NCBI GenBank assembly: GCA_012518675.1
Contig: JAAYRR010000052.1
Span: 8,214 to 72,213 of the forward strand
Reading direction: 5' to 3'
From: Bacillota bacterium
GTDB taxonomy: Bacteria > Bacillota > Dethiobacteria > DTU022 > UBA8154
DNA length: 64,000 nt
Shown one piece after another: positions 44,437-53,562 of this stretch. Positions within the stretch are counted from its first letter, which is position 1. The number at the start of each line of letters is the position of its first letter. The notes beneath the pieces are model-generated. The model worked only from the letters and a program-made list of their open reading frames with translations. It was not told the origin of the DNA and did no database searches. Position numbers and translations under genes: made by a program.

Positions 44437-45921
44437 ATGCAGATGAAAACAGAAACAAAAACACCTGTTTTCCCAAAATTGGAAAACAATATTGATTTCG
44501 TTTCCCACAGGCTGGGCTTGGATGTCAGTTTTGATATTATTTTAAGAGAATTCCAAATCGGCCATAAAAAAGCGGCTTTCCTTTTTATTGACGGTTTTGC
44601 TAACGCAGAGGTTATCACCCTGGTTATGCAAACCCTTCTAAGGGCAAATCAAAGGGAAATTGTCCCTCATACACTGGAAAAAGTAGCGGCCAAACTATTG
44701 CCTTATGGAGAAATAGAGTTTGTAGATGATCTTGAGGAAATTATTAATGAAACCTTGGCTGGCCCGCTAATCCTTTTTATTGACGGTGAACGGCAAGCCC
44801 TTATTTTAGACACCAGACAATACCCGGCCCGGGAACCGGAAGAAGCCGACATTGAAAAGGTAACGCGTGGATCAAGGGACGGGTTTGTAGAAACCCTGCT
44901 TTTTAACCTGACTCTAATCCGTAGAAGAATCAGGGATCCGGGGCTGCGGGCAGAAAATATAAAAATAGGCAAACGCTCGCAAACCGAAATAGCCCTTGTT
45001 TATATTGAAGATATAGCAAACCCTGAAATCTTAGAGAGAATCAGAGGGGCCCTTTTAAATATTGACATCGATGGCTTGCCCATGGCCGAAAAGTCTGTTG
45101 AAGAATTTATTACTGCAGATCACTGGAACCCTTTCCCCAAGGTGCGTTACACAGAAAGGCCGGATGTGGCAGCCATACACCTGCTTGAAGGCCATATCTG
45201 TATTATTGTAGACACTTCTCCCTCTGTTATGATTGCACCGGTAACATATTTTCATCACCTCCAGCACGCCGAAGAATTCAGGCATAATCCGTTTATTGGT
45301 GTTTATATTCGCGGGGTACGCCTGCTGGGAGTTTTTATTTCTATTTTTTTAGTACCCCTTTGGTTGTTGGCAGTTGACTACAAGGACCTTTTACCACAGG
45401 GTTTACAGTTTATCGGCCCCAAAGAATCTTCGGCTTTACCGCTGTTACTGCAGTTTCTTATAGCCAACGTAGGCCTGGATCTACTAAGGCTGGCCAGCGT
45501 GCATACGCCTTCACCCTTAGCCACAGCGCTGGGCCTGGTGGGAGCTTTGTTAATTGGAGACATTGCGGTTAATGTTGGCTTTTTTGCGCCGGAGGTTTTA
45601 CTTTATATATCTTTGGTTGCAATCGGCATGTTTTCCACGCCCAGTTGGGAATTGAGCCTGGCCAACAGAATGATCCATATTTTTCTGCTTTTATGCACCG
45701 GTTTAGGGAAAATATACGGGTTTGCTGCAGGCCTGCTTGTTGTTTTAGCCAGGTTGGCTACAACCCAATCCTTTGGCGTTCCCTACCTCTGGCCTTTAAT
45801 TCCATTCAACGGTTCTGCTTTGGTAAATGTTTTGCTAAGAAAGCCGGCACCTTTAAAAAAATTAAGGCCTTCGTTTTTAAAAACAAAAGATGTTGATACC
45901 TCAGGCACCAATAAAGAATAA
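44437..45921 (+). CDS. spoVAF: SpoVAF / GerA-family spore germination protein (A subunit-like)
   Basis: 494 aa; N-terminal soluble GerA-type domain (…LIRRRIRDPGL…IALVYIEDIANPEI…) and C-terminal TM helices. Lies downstream of spoVAE. Confidence 0.8.
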   Translation: MQMKTETKTPVFPKLENNIDFVSHRLGLDVSFDIILREFQIGHKKAAFLFIDGFANAEVITLVMQTLLRANQREIVPHTLEKVAAKLLPYGEIEFVDDLEEIINETLAGPLILFIDGERQALILDTRQYPAREPEEADIEKVTRGSRDGFVETLLFNLTLIRRRIRDPGLRAENIKIGKRSQTEIALVYIEDIANPEILERIRGALLNIDIDGLPMAEKSVEEFITADHWNPFPKVRYTERPDVAAIHLLEGHICIIVDTSPSVMIAPVTYFHHLQHAEEFRHNPFIGVYIRGVRLLGVFISIFLVPLWLLAVDYKDLLPQGLQFIGPKESSALPLLLQFLIANVGLDLLRLASVHTPSPLATALGLVGALLIGDIAVNVGFFAPEVLLYISLVAIGMFSTPSWELSLANRMIHIFLLLCTGLGKIYGFAAGLLVVLARLATTQSFGVPYLWPLIPFNGSALVNVLLRKPAPLKKLRPSFLKTKDVDTSGTNKE

Positions 45922-45982
45922 AACCCCCTGTAGCAAAAAAGCAAACGCCTGAAAAAACCAAATAACAACCTATTTATGCTGG

Positions 45983-46061
45983 TAATTTCCTAATATTTCC
46001 TAATATTTCCTGGGAAATTCCACATATTCCCTGGGAAATTCCATTAAAACCCTGGGAATAT
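45983..46061 (+). repeat. Array of short direct repeats and TTCC-N2-3-GGAA palindromes (TAATATTTCC x2-3; TTCCTGGGAAATTCCA x2; CCCTGGGAATAT)
   Basis: Read directly from the sequence: 45983-46010 carries three TTTCC-containing decamers. TTCC(C)TGGGAA palindromes are centred near 46011, 46032 and 46053, i.e. about 21-bp spacing. The array lies upstream of a TGgTATGAT -10 at 46146-46154. Confidence 0.6.
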
Positions 46062-46190
46062 GTTTTATCATTTTTTGTTATGTTTAAGCACAACCCAAAA
46101 TATACGGCAGCTGTTTTATTTTATTTATTGTTATTTTATGGTATGATAGGGTGAACAAGTTGCAAAAGTATATTTAAAGGAAATTCTTTT

Positions 46191-47489
46191 ATGACAAATT
46201 TGCTCCCTCTATTCAACACAGTTCTTTCTAAAAAAACACACGCCCTGATTTATATGTTGGGCTACTGGTCACAAAAAAATATGTTTAAAATATATGGGGT
46301 GGGTAGTTTTGTCAGAGATTTAATTTTAGGCCGGGAAAATCGTGCCGTCAACCTGCTTGTAGAGGGTTCCGCAGTTGACTTTGCCAGAAGCCTGCAACAA
46401 ATGCTGCCTGCAAGCCGGTTACAGTGTAACGAAAAATATGGCACAGCAAAACTTTCCTTGCCTGATGAAATGGTATTTGATATGGTTACAGCAAGAAAAG
46501 AACTTTTTGCCTTTACAGATACATTGTCTGCCCAGCAGTTAACTTTAAAAAACAACCTTTACAACAAAAATTTTTCGATAAATACAATGGCTTGTGCCTT
46601 AAACCCACTAAATTTCGGACACCTTTATGACTATTTTGGAGGTAGAAAAGACTTAGAAAAAGGTGTAATCAGGGTTCTTTATAAGCTCAGTTTTGTGGAC
46701 GATCCCCTCCGTATTCTGCAGGCTGTCCGCCTTGAACAAAGACTTGGTTTTAAAATTGAAGAAGAAACGGCAGCTTTGTTGCATAAAGCACGGGCAAGGC
46801 GTCTTCTAAAAAAAATAAGCAAAGAAAAGTTTTATAATGAAATCAGGTTGATTTTCTGGGAACCTTCACCCCTTAAGGTTTTAATACGGCTCCAAGAACT
46901 GCACCTATTCGAGAAACTTTTTCCCCGCCTGGTTTTAAATAGCGTAACAAAGGCCCGGCTGCAACAGCTTGAACAGGTTTTATCCCAACTGCAAGGGAAA
47001 ACATGGGGCACCCGTTTAAACCGCTTTGTTCTTTTCCTTTCAGCCCTTTTCAGTGAAATGTCAAGGCATGATATCCAATATCTTAGCCACTACATGCGTC
47101 TGAAGCGCAATGAACGCTTAAAGATAAACTTCATCCATCAAAATATGCGGCCGCTTTTGGCACAACTGCAGCTGCCCCACCTTGGCCCATCACACCTTTA
47201 CCAGCTGCTTAAAGGGATGCCCACGGAAGGCTTGGTCCTGATGATGGCTTCAGCCCCCGGGCCACGGGTGGATGAACGAATTTTGTTTTTCCAGGAACAT
47301 CTCTGCCGGAAAAAACCTGTTCTAAAAATGGCCGACCTGCTTGAAAAAGGTTTAAAACCCGGACCGCTTTTAAACCGCCTTTTCCAAGACCTGCAGGAAG
47401 CTGTTTTGGAAAACAAGATTAAAAGCAGGAAAGAGGAACTGGCGTTTATCAATATTTTACTGGAAAAAAATAATTGCTTGTCGGAGTAG
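46191..47489 (+). CDS. CCA-adding enzyme / poly(A) polymerase family paralog with degenerate catalytic head (DxD -> NxL; RRD -> NKN)
   Basis: Aligns by eye to the B. subtilis CCA enzyme. GGAVRD... corresponds to GSFVRDLILG. The GDVDIAT catalytic DxD is replaced by AVNLLVEG. E-V-TTFR becomes FDMVTAR. DLKRRDLTINA becomes NLYNKNFSINT. The neck/body motifs (YDYFGGRKDLEKGVIRVL; DPLRILQAVRLEQRLGF) are retained. Confidence 0.7.
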   Translation: MTNLLPLFNTVLSKKTHALIYMLGYWSQKNMFKIYGVGSFVRDLILGRENRAVNLLVEGSAVDFARSLQQMLPASRLQCNEKYGTAKLSLPDEMVFDMVTARKELFAFTDTLSAQQLTLKNNLYNKNFSINTMACALNPLNFGHLYDYFGGRKDLEKGVIRVLYKLSFVDDPLRILQAVRLEQRLGFKIEEETAALLHKARARRLLKKISKEKFYNEIRLIFWEPSPLKVLIRLQELHLFEKLFPRLVLNSVTKARLQQLEQVLSQLQGKTWGTRLNRFVLFLSALFSEMSRHDIQYLSHYMRLKRNERLKINFIHQNMRPLLAQLQLPHLGPSHLYQLLKGMPTEGLVLMMASAPGPRVDERILFFQEHLCRKKPVLKMADLLEKGLKPGPLLNRLFQDLQEAVLENKIKSRKEELAFINILLEKNNCLSE

Positions 47490-47501
47490 GAGGAGGTAAC
47501 C

Positions 47502-48140
47502 ATGCCTTTTTCCCTGGCGGACATGCTAGCCCGCATACCCGCCTTGTTGATCGCCTTGTCTTTTCATGAATATGCACATGCCCGGATGGCCTATGCCTGG
47601 GGCGATCCGACAGCCAAATATGAAGGCCGGTTAACGCTGAATCCCTTGGCCCATCTGGACCCCATGGGCCTGCTGATGCTGCTGGTGGTGCGTTTTGGCT
47701 GGGCAAAACCGGTGCCCATCAATCCTTTTTATTTCAAGGATCGCCGTAAGGGCCTTTTTTGGGTTTCACTGGCAGGGCCGGGAATGAATTTGTTACTTGG
47801 GCTGGTAGCGACTTTTTTATGGGTTTTAATCAGAGGAAGTGGATATTTTATAGTAGACAATATCTTATATTACCTGGTCATTTATAATGTTTTTTTAGCC
47901 ATTTTTAACATCATTCCTTTGCCCCCCCTGGATGGTTCAAAGATACTTTCCAGCCTCTTGCCGACACATTTGCTATATTATTACCAGGCTATAGAACCCT
48001 ATGGACCATTCCTGCTTATTTTTCTTTTATTTTTCGGTAGGTTACCCTACCTACTGGTCCCCGTAGCCAATGCGATTATCAATTTATATACAACCTTGGT
48101 CTTGTTTCTGGTTAAACCATTGTTGCCACTGTTTTTTTAA
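47502..48140 (+). CDS. Site-2 protease family (M50) zinc metalloprotease, small membrane-embedded form
   Basis: HExxH (FHEYAHA), LDG motif ([11 protein letters not shown]), multiple TM helices. Confidence 0.8.
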   Translation: MPFSLADMLARIPALLIALSFHEYAHARMAYAWGDPTAKYEGRLTLNPLAHLDPMGLLMLLVVRFGWAKPVPINPFYFKDRRKGLFWVSLAGPGMNLLLGLVATFLWVLIRGSGYFIVDNILYYLVIYNVFLAIFNIIPLPPLDGSKILSSLLPTHLLYYYQAIEPYGPFLLIFLLFFGRLPYLLVPVANAIINLYTTLVLFLVKPLLPLFF

Positions 48141-48160
48141 AAAACACTGCCGAAAGGATT

Positions 48161-49174
48161 GTGGTAGACATGACAGCAAAAGCAAAAAAAGGTGTTATTC
48201 TTAGCGGGATGAGGCCTACCGGCAAATTGCACCTGGGGAATTTGTTTGGGGCCCTGGAAAACTGGGTCCGGCTGCAGGAGGATTATCATTGTTTTTTTTG
48301 CATCGTAGATTGGCACGCTTTGACCACGGCTTATGAAAACCCGGCCGATGTGCAAAAAAACAGTGATGAAATGCTTCTGGACTGGCTTAGCTGCGGTATA
48401 GACCCTGAAAAAGCAGTGATTTTTCGCCAGTCTGATGTTAAGGAACATGCAGAGCTGCACCTATTGCTTTCCATGTTAACGCCTCTTTCCTGGCTGGAAC
48501 GTGTCCCCACCTATAAGGAACAGCAGCAACAGCTTACCGGACGCAATCTGTCCACTTACGGGTTTTTGGGGTACCCTTTGTTACAGGCTGCAGATATTTT
48601 AATATATAAGGCCGACGTTGTTCCTGTGGGGGAAGATCAGGCTCCCCATATTGAATTTACCCGTGAGGTAGCCCGCCGTTTTAATTACCTGTATGAGAAA
48701 AACATTTTTCCCGAACCGGCTACGATGCTTAATAAATATAAAGTTGTGCCGGGGATTGACAACCGCAAGATGAGCAAAAGCTATGACAATATAATCGAAA
48801 TTTCCCTTGCACCACAGGAAATACCGGCACGGGTTAGAAGGATGATTACCGATCCGGGACGTATCAGGAAAGATGACCCGGGAAATCCTCTGGTTTGCAG
48901 CATTTATGCTTTCCATAGTATTTTCAGCCCGGAAGAATTGGAAAAAACTGCTGCTGCCTGCCGAAAAGGGGAAATAGGGTGCGTGGAATGTAAAAATAAC
49001 CTTGCGGCTGTAATGCAGCAGCACCTGGAACCTTTTTATCTGCAAAGGCGCGCCTTGGAGGAAAGTCCCGGTAAACTGCAAGAAATCTTGGCAGCAGGGC
49101 GCAAAAAAGCGCAAGCCATTGCCCGTGAAACTATGGAGGAAGTCCGTTCCGCCATGGGACTGGCGTCATATTAA
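48161..49174 (+). CDS. trpS: Tryptophan--tRNA ligase
   Basis: HIGH-class motif (GKLHLGNLFGAL) and KMSKS (RKMSKSYDN). Confidence 0.95.
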   Translation: MVDMTAKAKKGVILSGMRPTGKLHLGNLFGALENWVRLQEDYHCFFCIVDWHALTTAYENPADVQKNSDEMLLDWLSCGIDPEKAVIFRQSDVKEHAELHLLLSMLTPLSWLERVPTYKEQQQQLTGRNLSTYGFLGYPLLQAADILIYKADVVPVGEDQAPHIEFTREVARRFNYLYEKNIFPEPATMLNKYKVVPGIDNRKMSKSYDNIIEISLAPQEIPARVRRMITDPGRIRKDDPGNPLVCSIYAFHSIFSPEELEKTAAACRKGEIGCVECKNNLAAVMQQHLEPFYLQRRALEESPGKLQEILAAGRKKAQAIARETMEEVRSAMGLASY

Positions 49175-49199
49175 CCGCATAACCGGGTGAAAATATCTG

Positions 49200-49994
49200 A
49201 TGGACATCATTAAACCGCAAGAAAATACGGAAAAGGGGCATTGCCACATCTTATTGCCTATTTTTGAAGGCCCTTTTGATCTTCTTTTTTACCTGGTGCA
49301 TAAAGAAAAACTGGATATCCATGCCATACCTTTGGGCGAAATTACACAGCAATACCTTGGTTATTTGCAATCTATGCAAGAAATGGAGGTTGAACTTGCA
49401 GGTGAATTTTTAGTGATGGCCGCTTCTTTGCTCTGTCTGAAATCACGCCTCTTGCTGCCTCAGCCGCTCCCACCCTTGTCTGCAGGGGAAGAAGACACCT
49501 TTTTTTTTGGTTCCAAAGAAGAGCTGGTACAAGGCCTGCTGGAGTACAAGCGCTTTAAACAAGCAGCTGCAATTTTAAAGGAGCGCAAAAACCGGCAGGA
49601 AAGAATCTATTTAAGGCCTGCTGCCCACCGCAGTTATCCTTTGGAAAAAAAGTATCCTTCTGTTTATCCCGCCAACCCGGCAAGTTTGAAAAAAGCCTGG
49701 CTGGGGCTGAAATTAAAGCAAAAAAACAAACCGGCAATTAATAAAACAAAAGCTATTATTTCTGCACCTAAAACCCACTTTATCAGTATTTTAAGGTGGG
49801 TGGCCACTTCTATACGTCAAAACACTTTTTTTAACAGTTTTTTAGATGACTTTAGCATAAAAGGGACCAGGGAGGAACTCGTTTCGGTTTTCACCCTTTT
49901 CTTAGAGTTGGCCCGGCGGGGAAGACTTTCCCTGCAACAAGAAAAAGCTTTTAGCCGCATCCGCATCTTAAAACCATTTAGAAAAAGGAGGTAA
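49200..49994 (+). CDS. scpA: Segregation and condensation protein A (kleisin)
   Basis: …FEGPFDLLFYLVHKEKLDIHAIPLGEIT… is typical of ScpA. Confidence 0.9.
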   Translation: MDIIKPQENTEKGHCHILLPIFEGPFDLLFYLVHKEKLDIHAIPLGEITQQYLGYLQSMQEMEVELAGEFLVMAASLLCLKSRLLLPQPLPPLSAGEEDTFFFGSKEELVQGLLEYKRFKQAAAILKERKNRQERIYLRPAAHRSYPLEKKYPSVYPANPASLKKAWLGLKLKQKNKPAINKTKAIISAPKTHFISILRWVATSIRQNTFFNSFLDDFSIKGTREELVSVFTLFLELARRGRLSLQQEKAFSRIRILKPFRKRR

Positions 49995-50000
49995 AAAACC

Positions 50001-50543
50001 ATGCCGTCCCTCAAGACAGAACAACAGTTGACAACAACGGCTCTCATTGAAGCAGCCCTTTTTTTAAGCCGGGAAGCTTTGTCATTAAAAAAACTGACGG
50101 AGATTTGCGCCGTAAATTTAAAGGAAATTAAAAATTCCCTAAAAATAATTAAAACAGAACTGGAAAAAAATGAACGGGGCCTGGTCCTTTTGGAAACACC
50201 AGCAGGGTACCGGCTGGGAACAAAACCTGAAACAGCAACGTACCTGGAAAAATTCTGGGAAGAAGAAAATGCAGAGCCCCCCCTCTCAGAAGCTGCCCTT
50301 GAAACTTTGGCCATCGTTGCCCTCAAACAACCTGTAACCAGAATGGAAATCGAAAAAATTCGTGGTGTTGGTGCCGGGGGTGTATTGGAAAACCTTCTTA
50401 AAAGGGATCTGGTTAACATAATAGGGCGTAAGGAAAGCCTGGGCAGGCCTTTACTTTATGGGGTTACAGAAACATTCATGCAACATTTTGGCTTTAAAGA
50501 TTTGAAAGAACTGCAGGAGAAACTGGAAAACATTAATCCCTAA
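50001..50543 (+). CDS. scpB: Segregation and condensation protein B
   Basis: Winged-helix repeats; …LETLAIVALKQPVTRMEIEKIRGV…. Confidence 0.9.
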   Translation: MPSLKTEQQLTTTALIEAALFLSREALSLKKLTEICAVNLKEIKNSLKIIKTELEKNERGLVLLETPAGYRLGTKPETATYLEKFWEEENAEPPLSEAALETLAIVALKQPVTRMEIEKIRGVGAGGVLENLLKRDLVNIIGRKESLGRPLLYGVTETFMQHFGFKDLKELQEKLENINP

Positions 50544-50638
50544 TTGCCGGTGGCCAGAACCCCGGTTAGGGGCAGCTGCAGGTTTTAATTATAATTTTTT
50601 CCTAAAAATGGGGAAACTAAATAGAAAGACTTGAGCAG

Positions 50639-51349
50639 GTGTCTATGATGTTTACAGCAATAACATCTTTGTGGCAGTCATTCTATCTCTGGTTTCCTTT
50701 TTTGTTTGTTTTTTTGTTCTTTCTTTTACCATACAAAATACGTATATCATTTGATAATTTGCGGCAAGATAAAAGTATCTCTTTTGAACTGATCGTTTTC
50801 CTTTGGGGAAAGGCGGCTCTTTTTAAATTACAGAGAAATTTCCCGGCAGGCTTCAGAATTACCTATTTTGAAGAGTTAGCCAACACCCTGGCGGCAGAAA
50901 AGAGCGGTTGGCACAAGGACGGTAAAAAAGGTTTACAAAAAATAACCCTGCCGGTCTTTGACTTCATGCAAGCTGTAGTATGGGAACAGTTTACTTTAAA
51001 GGTTAAGCTCGGCACCGGCGATGCTGCCTGGACAGCACTTTTAACAGGCTTTTTACGCTACCTTTCCGGTCGGGGTTCCCCGCATATCCTGCGCCTTCTA
51101 ACCTTTGAAAAAGGCAGCAGGCCGTTTCTTTTGGTTTACCCTGCATTCCAGGAACAAGAATTAACTTTTCTTTTAACCGCAGGGTTTAAGGCCGGCGCTT
51201 TAAAGATCATTTATTATACTATAAAGATCTATTGGGAAATTTTGATGTATTATCAAAATATAATTTTACGGAGGCAGTCAAAAAATGGCAGAACATCCCA
51301 TCCAGGGTTTGATGATCACAGCTATGGAAAATCTCAGGGAAATGGCTGA
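50639..51349 (+). CDS. ytfI: YtfI-like DUF2953 membrane protein (sporulation-associated)
   Basis: N-terminal TM; its position upstream of ytfJ/gerW matches the ytfI-ytfJ pair. The 3' end overlaps ytfJ by about 65 nt in another frame. Confidence 0.5.
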   Translation: MSMMFTAITSLWQSFYLWFPFLFVFLFFLLPYKIRISFDNLRQDKSISFELIVFLWGKAALFKLQRNFPAGFRITYFEELANTLAAEKSGWHKDGKKGLQKITLPVFDFMQAVVWEQFTLKVKLGTGDAAWTALLTGFLRYLSGRGSPHILRLLTFEKGSRPFLLVYPAFQEQELTFLLTAGFKAGALKIIYYTIKIYWEILMYYQNIILRRQSKNGRTSHPGFDDHSYGKSQGNG

Positions 51350-51683
51350 TGTCACAAAGGTAGTTGGGGACGCCGTAGAAACCCCTGACGGGCATGTCAT
51401 CATACCGGTTTCCAAGGTAACACTCGGTTTTGTCACAGGCGGTTCAGAATTTGAATCCATCGATGCAGAAGGCCAAACGCAGGGCCAACAAGATAATTTT
51501 CCGTTTGGCGGAGGCAGCGGCGGGGGCGTTACCATCCGGCCTATGGCGTTTTTAATTGTAGGCCCGGAAGAAGTGCGGCTTTTACCGGTGGATCGCAGTG
51601 CGATTTTTGATCGTTTAGTAGATTTGGCCCCCCAGGTTCTGAAACATATCCAGGAATTACTGCAGCCGGAGAACATAAAATAG
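51285..51683 (+). CDS. ytfJ: GerW/YtfJ family sporulation protein
   Basis: …VIIPVSKVTLGFVTGGSEFE…FGGGSGGGVTIRPMAFLIVG… is highly characteristic. RBS GGAGG. Confidence 0.85.
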   Translation: MAEHPIQGLMITAMENLREMADVTKVVGDAVETPDGHVIIPVSKVTLGFVTGGSEFESIDAEGQTQGQQDNFPFGGGSGGGVTIRPMAFLIVGPEEVRLLPVDRSAIFDRLVDLAPQVLKHIQELLQPENIK

Positions 51684-51758
51684 AAATTTTACGAATAAAT
51701 ATCGTTGTAGAGTTTATTTTTTTCTACAATTAAATAATTAGAATGCGGTGGGAAGCAA

Positions 51759-52910
51759 ATGTTCAAGAAGTTTCTGGTTGCTGTTATTTCTGGCCTGCTG
51801 TGTCTATACCTTATATTATTTCCGGCTGGTGAATCTTGGGCGGTGCAAGTAGAACCCCCCTCAACACCGCCAGAAATTTCTGCAGAAGCAGCTGTTATTT
51901 TAGACTGGAACAGCGGCAGGCTTCTTTATGCCAAAAACCCTCATTTACCACGCCCGATGGCCAGTACGACCAAAATAATGACGGCCCTTGTTGCCCTGGA
52001 AAAAGGCACCCTAAAAGATGTCGTAATTATCAGCGCACAAGCTGCCCATACTGGCGGTTCTTCCATCTGGCTGGAAGAGGGGGAAAAAAAGACTTTGGAG
52101 GAGCTGCTTCTAGGGCTGATGCTGCGCTCAGGTAATGACGCTGCAGTAGCTATTGCCGAACATATTGCAGGCAGTGTGGAAGCGTTTGCACAACTGATGA
52201 CCGCGAGGGCCCGGGAGCTGGGAGCCAGAAAAACTGTTTTTAAAAATCCCCATGGCTTACACCACCCGGAACATTATACTACGGCCCGGGATTTGGCCTG
52301 TATTGCCGCCCATGCCATGGGCATGCGGGAATTCCGCCGCATTATTGCCACGCCTAAGGCTCTTATTTCCTGGCCAGGTCAGCCTTGGGATCGTTTTTTG
52401 TACAACCAAAACAAGTTATTTGAACTATATGCCGGTGCAGAAGGAATAAAAACAGGTTGGACAACACCGGCTGGCCGCTGCTTTGTGGGGGCTGCCCAAA
52501 ACTGTAACCGGCGGCTGATTACTGTGGTTTTTAATGCACCACAGATGTGGGAAGATACTACATTACTGCTTGACTATGGCTTTACAGAGTTCAACTATAA
52601 AAAAGTGATCAACAAAGGTCAACATTTAAAATCTGCCGCTGTTTCCCGGGGCGATGATAAAAAGGTAAAGGTAATTGCTGCAGATAGCTTTTATTACCCT
52701 TTAAAAGATGCAAAGGAAGAAAAAAAGGTCACTTATAAATTTATAATAGACGAACCTTTGAAGGCTCCTTTAAGAAACAAAGAAAGAATCGGGGAGCTGG
52801 AAATTTGTTTTGGCAGGGAGGTAGTGGGGGTAGTAGATTTGCTTGCCGGCCAGGAAGTAAAAAAGACTGGATTATGGAGGCGGTTGCAAAAAATATTAAG
52901 GAGAGAATAA
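51759..52910 (+). CDS. dacB: Sporulation D-alanyl-D-alanine carboxypeptidase (PBP5*-like)
   Basis: SxxK (ASTTKIM), SxN (RSGNDAA), KTG (IKTGWT); signal peptide; followed by spmA-spmB as in B. subtilis dacB-spmA-spmB. Confidence 0.9.
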   Translation: MFKKFLVAVISGLLCLYLILFPAGESWAVQVEPPSTPPEISAEAAVILDWNSGRLLYAKNPHLPRPMASTTKIMTALVALEKGTLKDVVIISAQAAHTGGSSIWLEEGEKKTLEELLLGLMLRSGNDAAVAIAEHIAGSVEAFAQLMTARARELGARKTVFKNPHGLHHPEHYTTARDLACIAAHAMGMREFRRIIATPKALISWPGQPWDRFLYNQNKLFELYAGAEGIKTGWTTPAGRCFVGAAQNCNRRLITVVFNAPQMWEDTTLLLDYGFTEFNYKKVINKGQHLKSAAVSRGDDKKVKVIAADSFYYPLKDAKEEKKVTYKFIIDEPLKAPLRNKERIGELEICFGREVVGVVDLLAGQEVKKTGLWRRLQKILRRE

Positions 52911-52911
52911 T

Positions 52912-53562
52912 GTGGTTAATCTACTTTGGGCAGGCATGATTGTTGTTTCAATTATCGTTGCCGCAGTTAACGGTAAAATGGAAACCATTACCCCTTTGAT
53001 ATTTGCTTCTGCCGAACAAGCTGTAAACATTTCTTTAGGGCTGATCAGTATTATGGTTTTCTGGTTGGGAATAATGAAAATAATCGAAAAATCAGGCTTT
53101 ATACATATTGTCATCTTTTTTCTTAAACCCATTGCCCATTGGCTGTTCCCCGGGGTGCCGCGCAATCACCAGGCGATGAACGTTATGCTTATGAATATGG
53201 GGGCCAATCTGCTCGGTATGGGCAATGCAGCAACACCTTTCGGTATTAAGGCGATGAAAGAACTGGACAGCCTAAACAACAACCCCGGGGAGGCCACGGA
53301 CGATATGTGTACGTTTTTGGCTATCAACACCGCCAGCCTGACTTTAATACCGACAACTATAATCGCCATCCGGGCAGCTACGGGGGCCCAAAACCCGGCG
53401 GATGTTATAGGAACAACTATTGCAGCTACATTTTGTTCAGCTTCGGTTGCTATTTTAAGTGATCGTTTTTTTCGCTATTACCACCGTTACAAAAAAAACA
53501 AAAACAAAGAGGAGGCGTTAAACTGTATGCCTAAAAGAAGTAACCCCGTGGGGAAAAAATGA
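52912..53562 (+). CDS. spmA: Spore maturation protein A
   Basis: Nucleoside-transporter/FeoB C-terminal-like membrane protein. The sequence is typical of SpmA. Confidence 0.85.
   Translation: MVNLLWAGMIVVSIIVAAVNGKMETITPLIFASAEQAVNISLGLISIMVFWLGIMKIIEKSGFIHIVIFFLKPIAHWLFPGVPRNHQAMNVMLMNMGANLLGMGNAATPFGIKAMKELDSLNNNPGEATDDMCTFLAINTASLTLIPTTIIAIRAATGAQNPADVIGTTIAATFCSASVAILSDRFFRYYHRYKKNKNKEEALNCMPKRSNPVGKK

Noticed and set aside
45995-46045. CodY-box interpretation of the ATTTCC-TG-GGAAAT palindromes
   Set aside because: The CodY consensus AATTTTCWGAAAATT has TC/GA at the core and a 1-nt centre. Here the core is CC/GG with a 2-3 nt centre. This is more than 4 mismatches per site.
45983-46061. 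Possibility that the short direct repeats are a CRISPR array
   Set aside because: The repeats are only about 10 bp, contiguous without spacers, and embedded in palindromic TTCC/GGAA motifs. There is no cas gene context. They look like a regulatory operator array instead.
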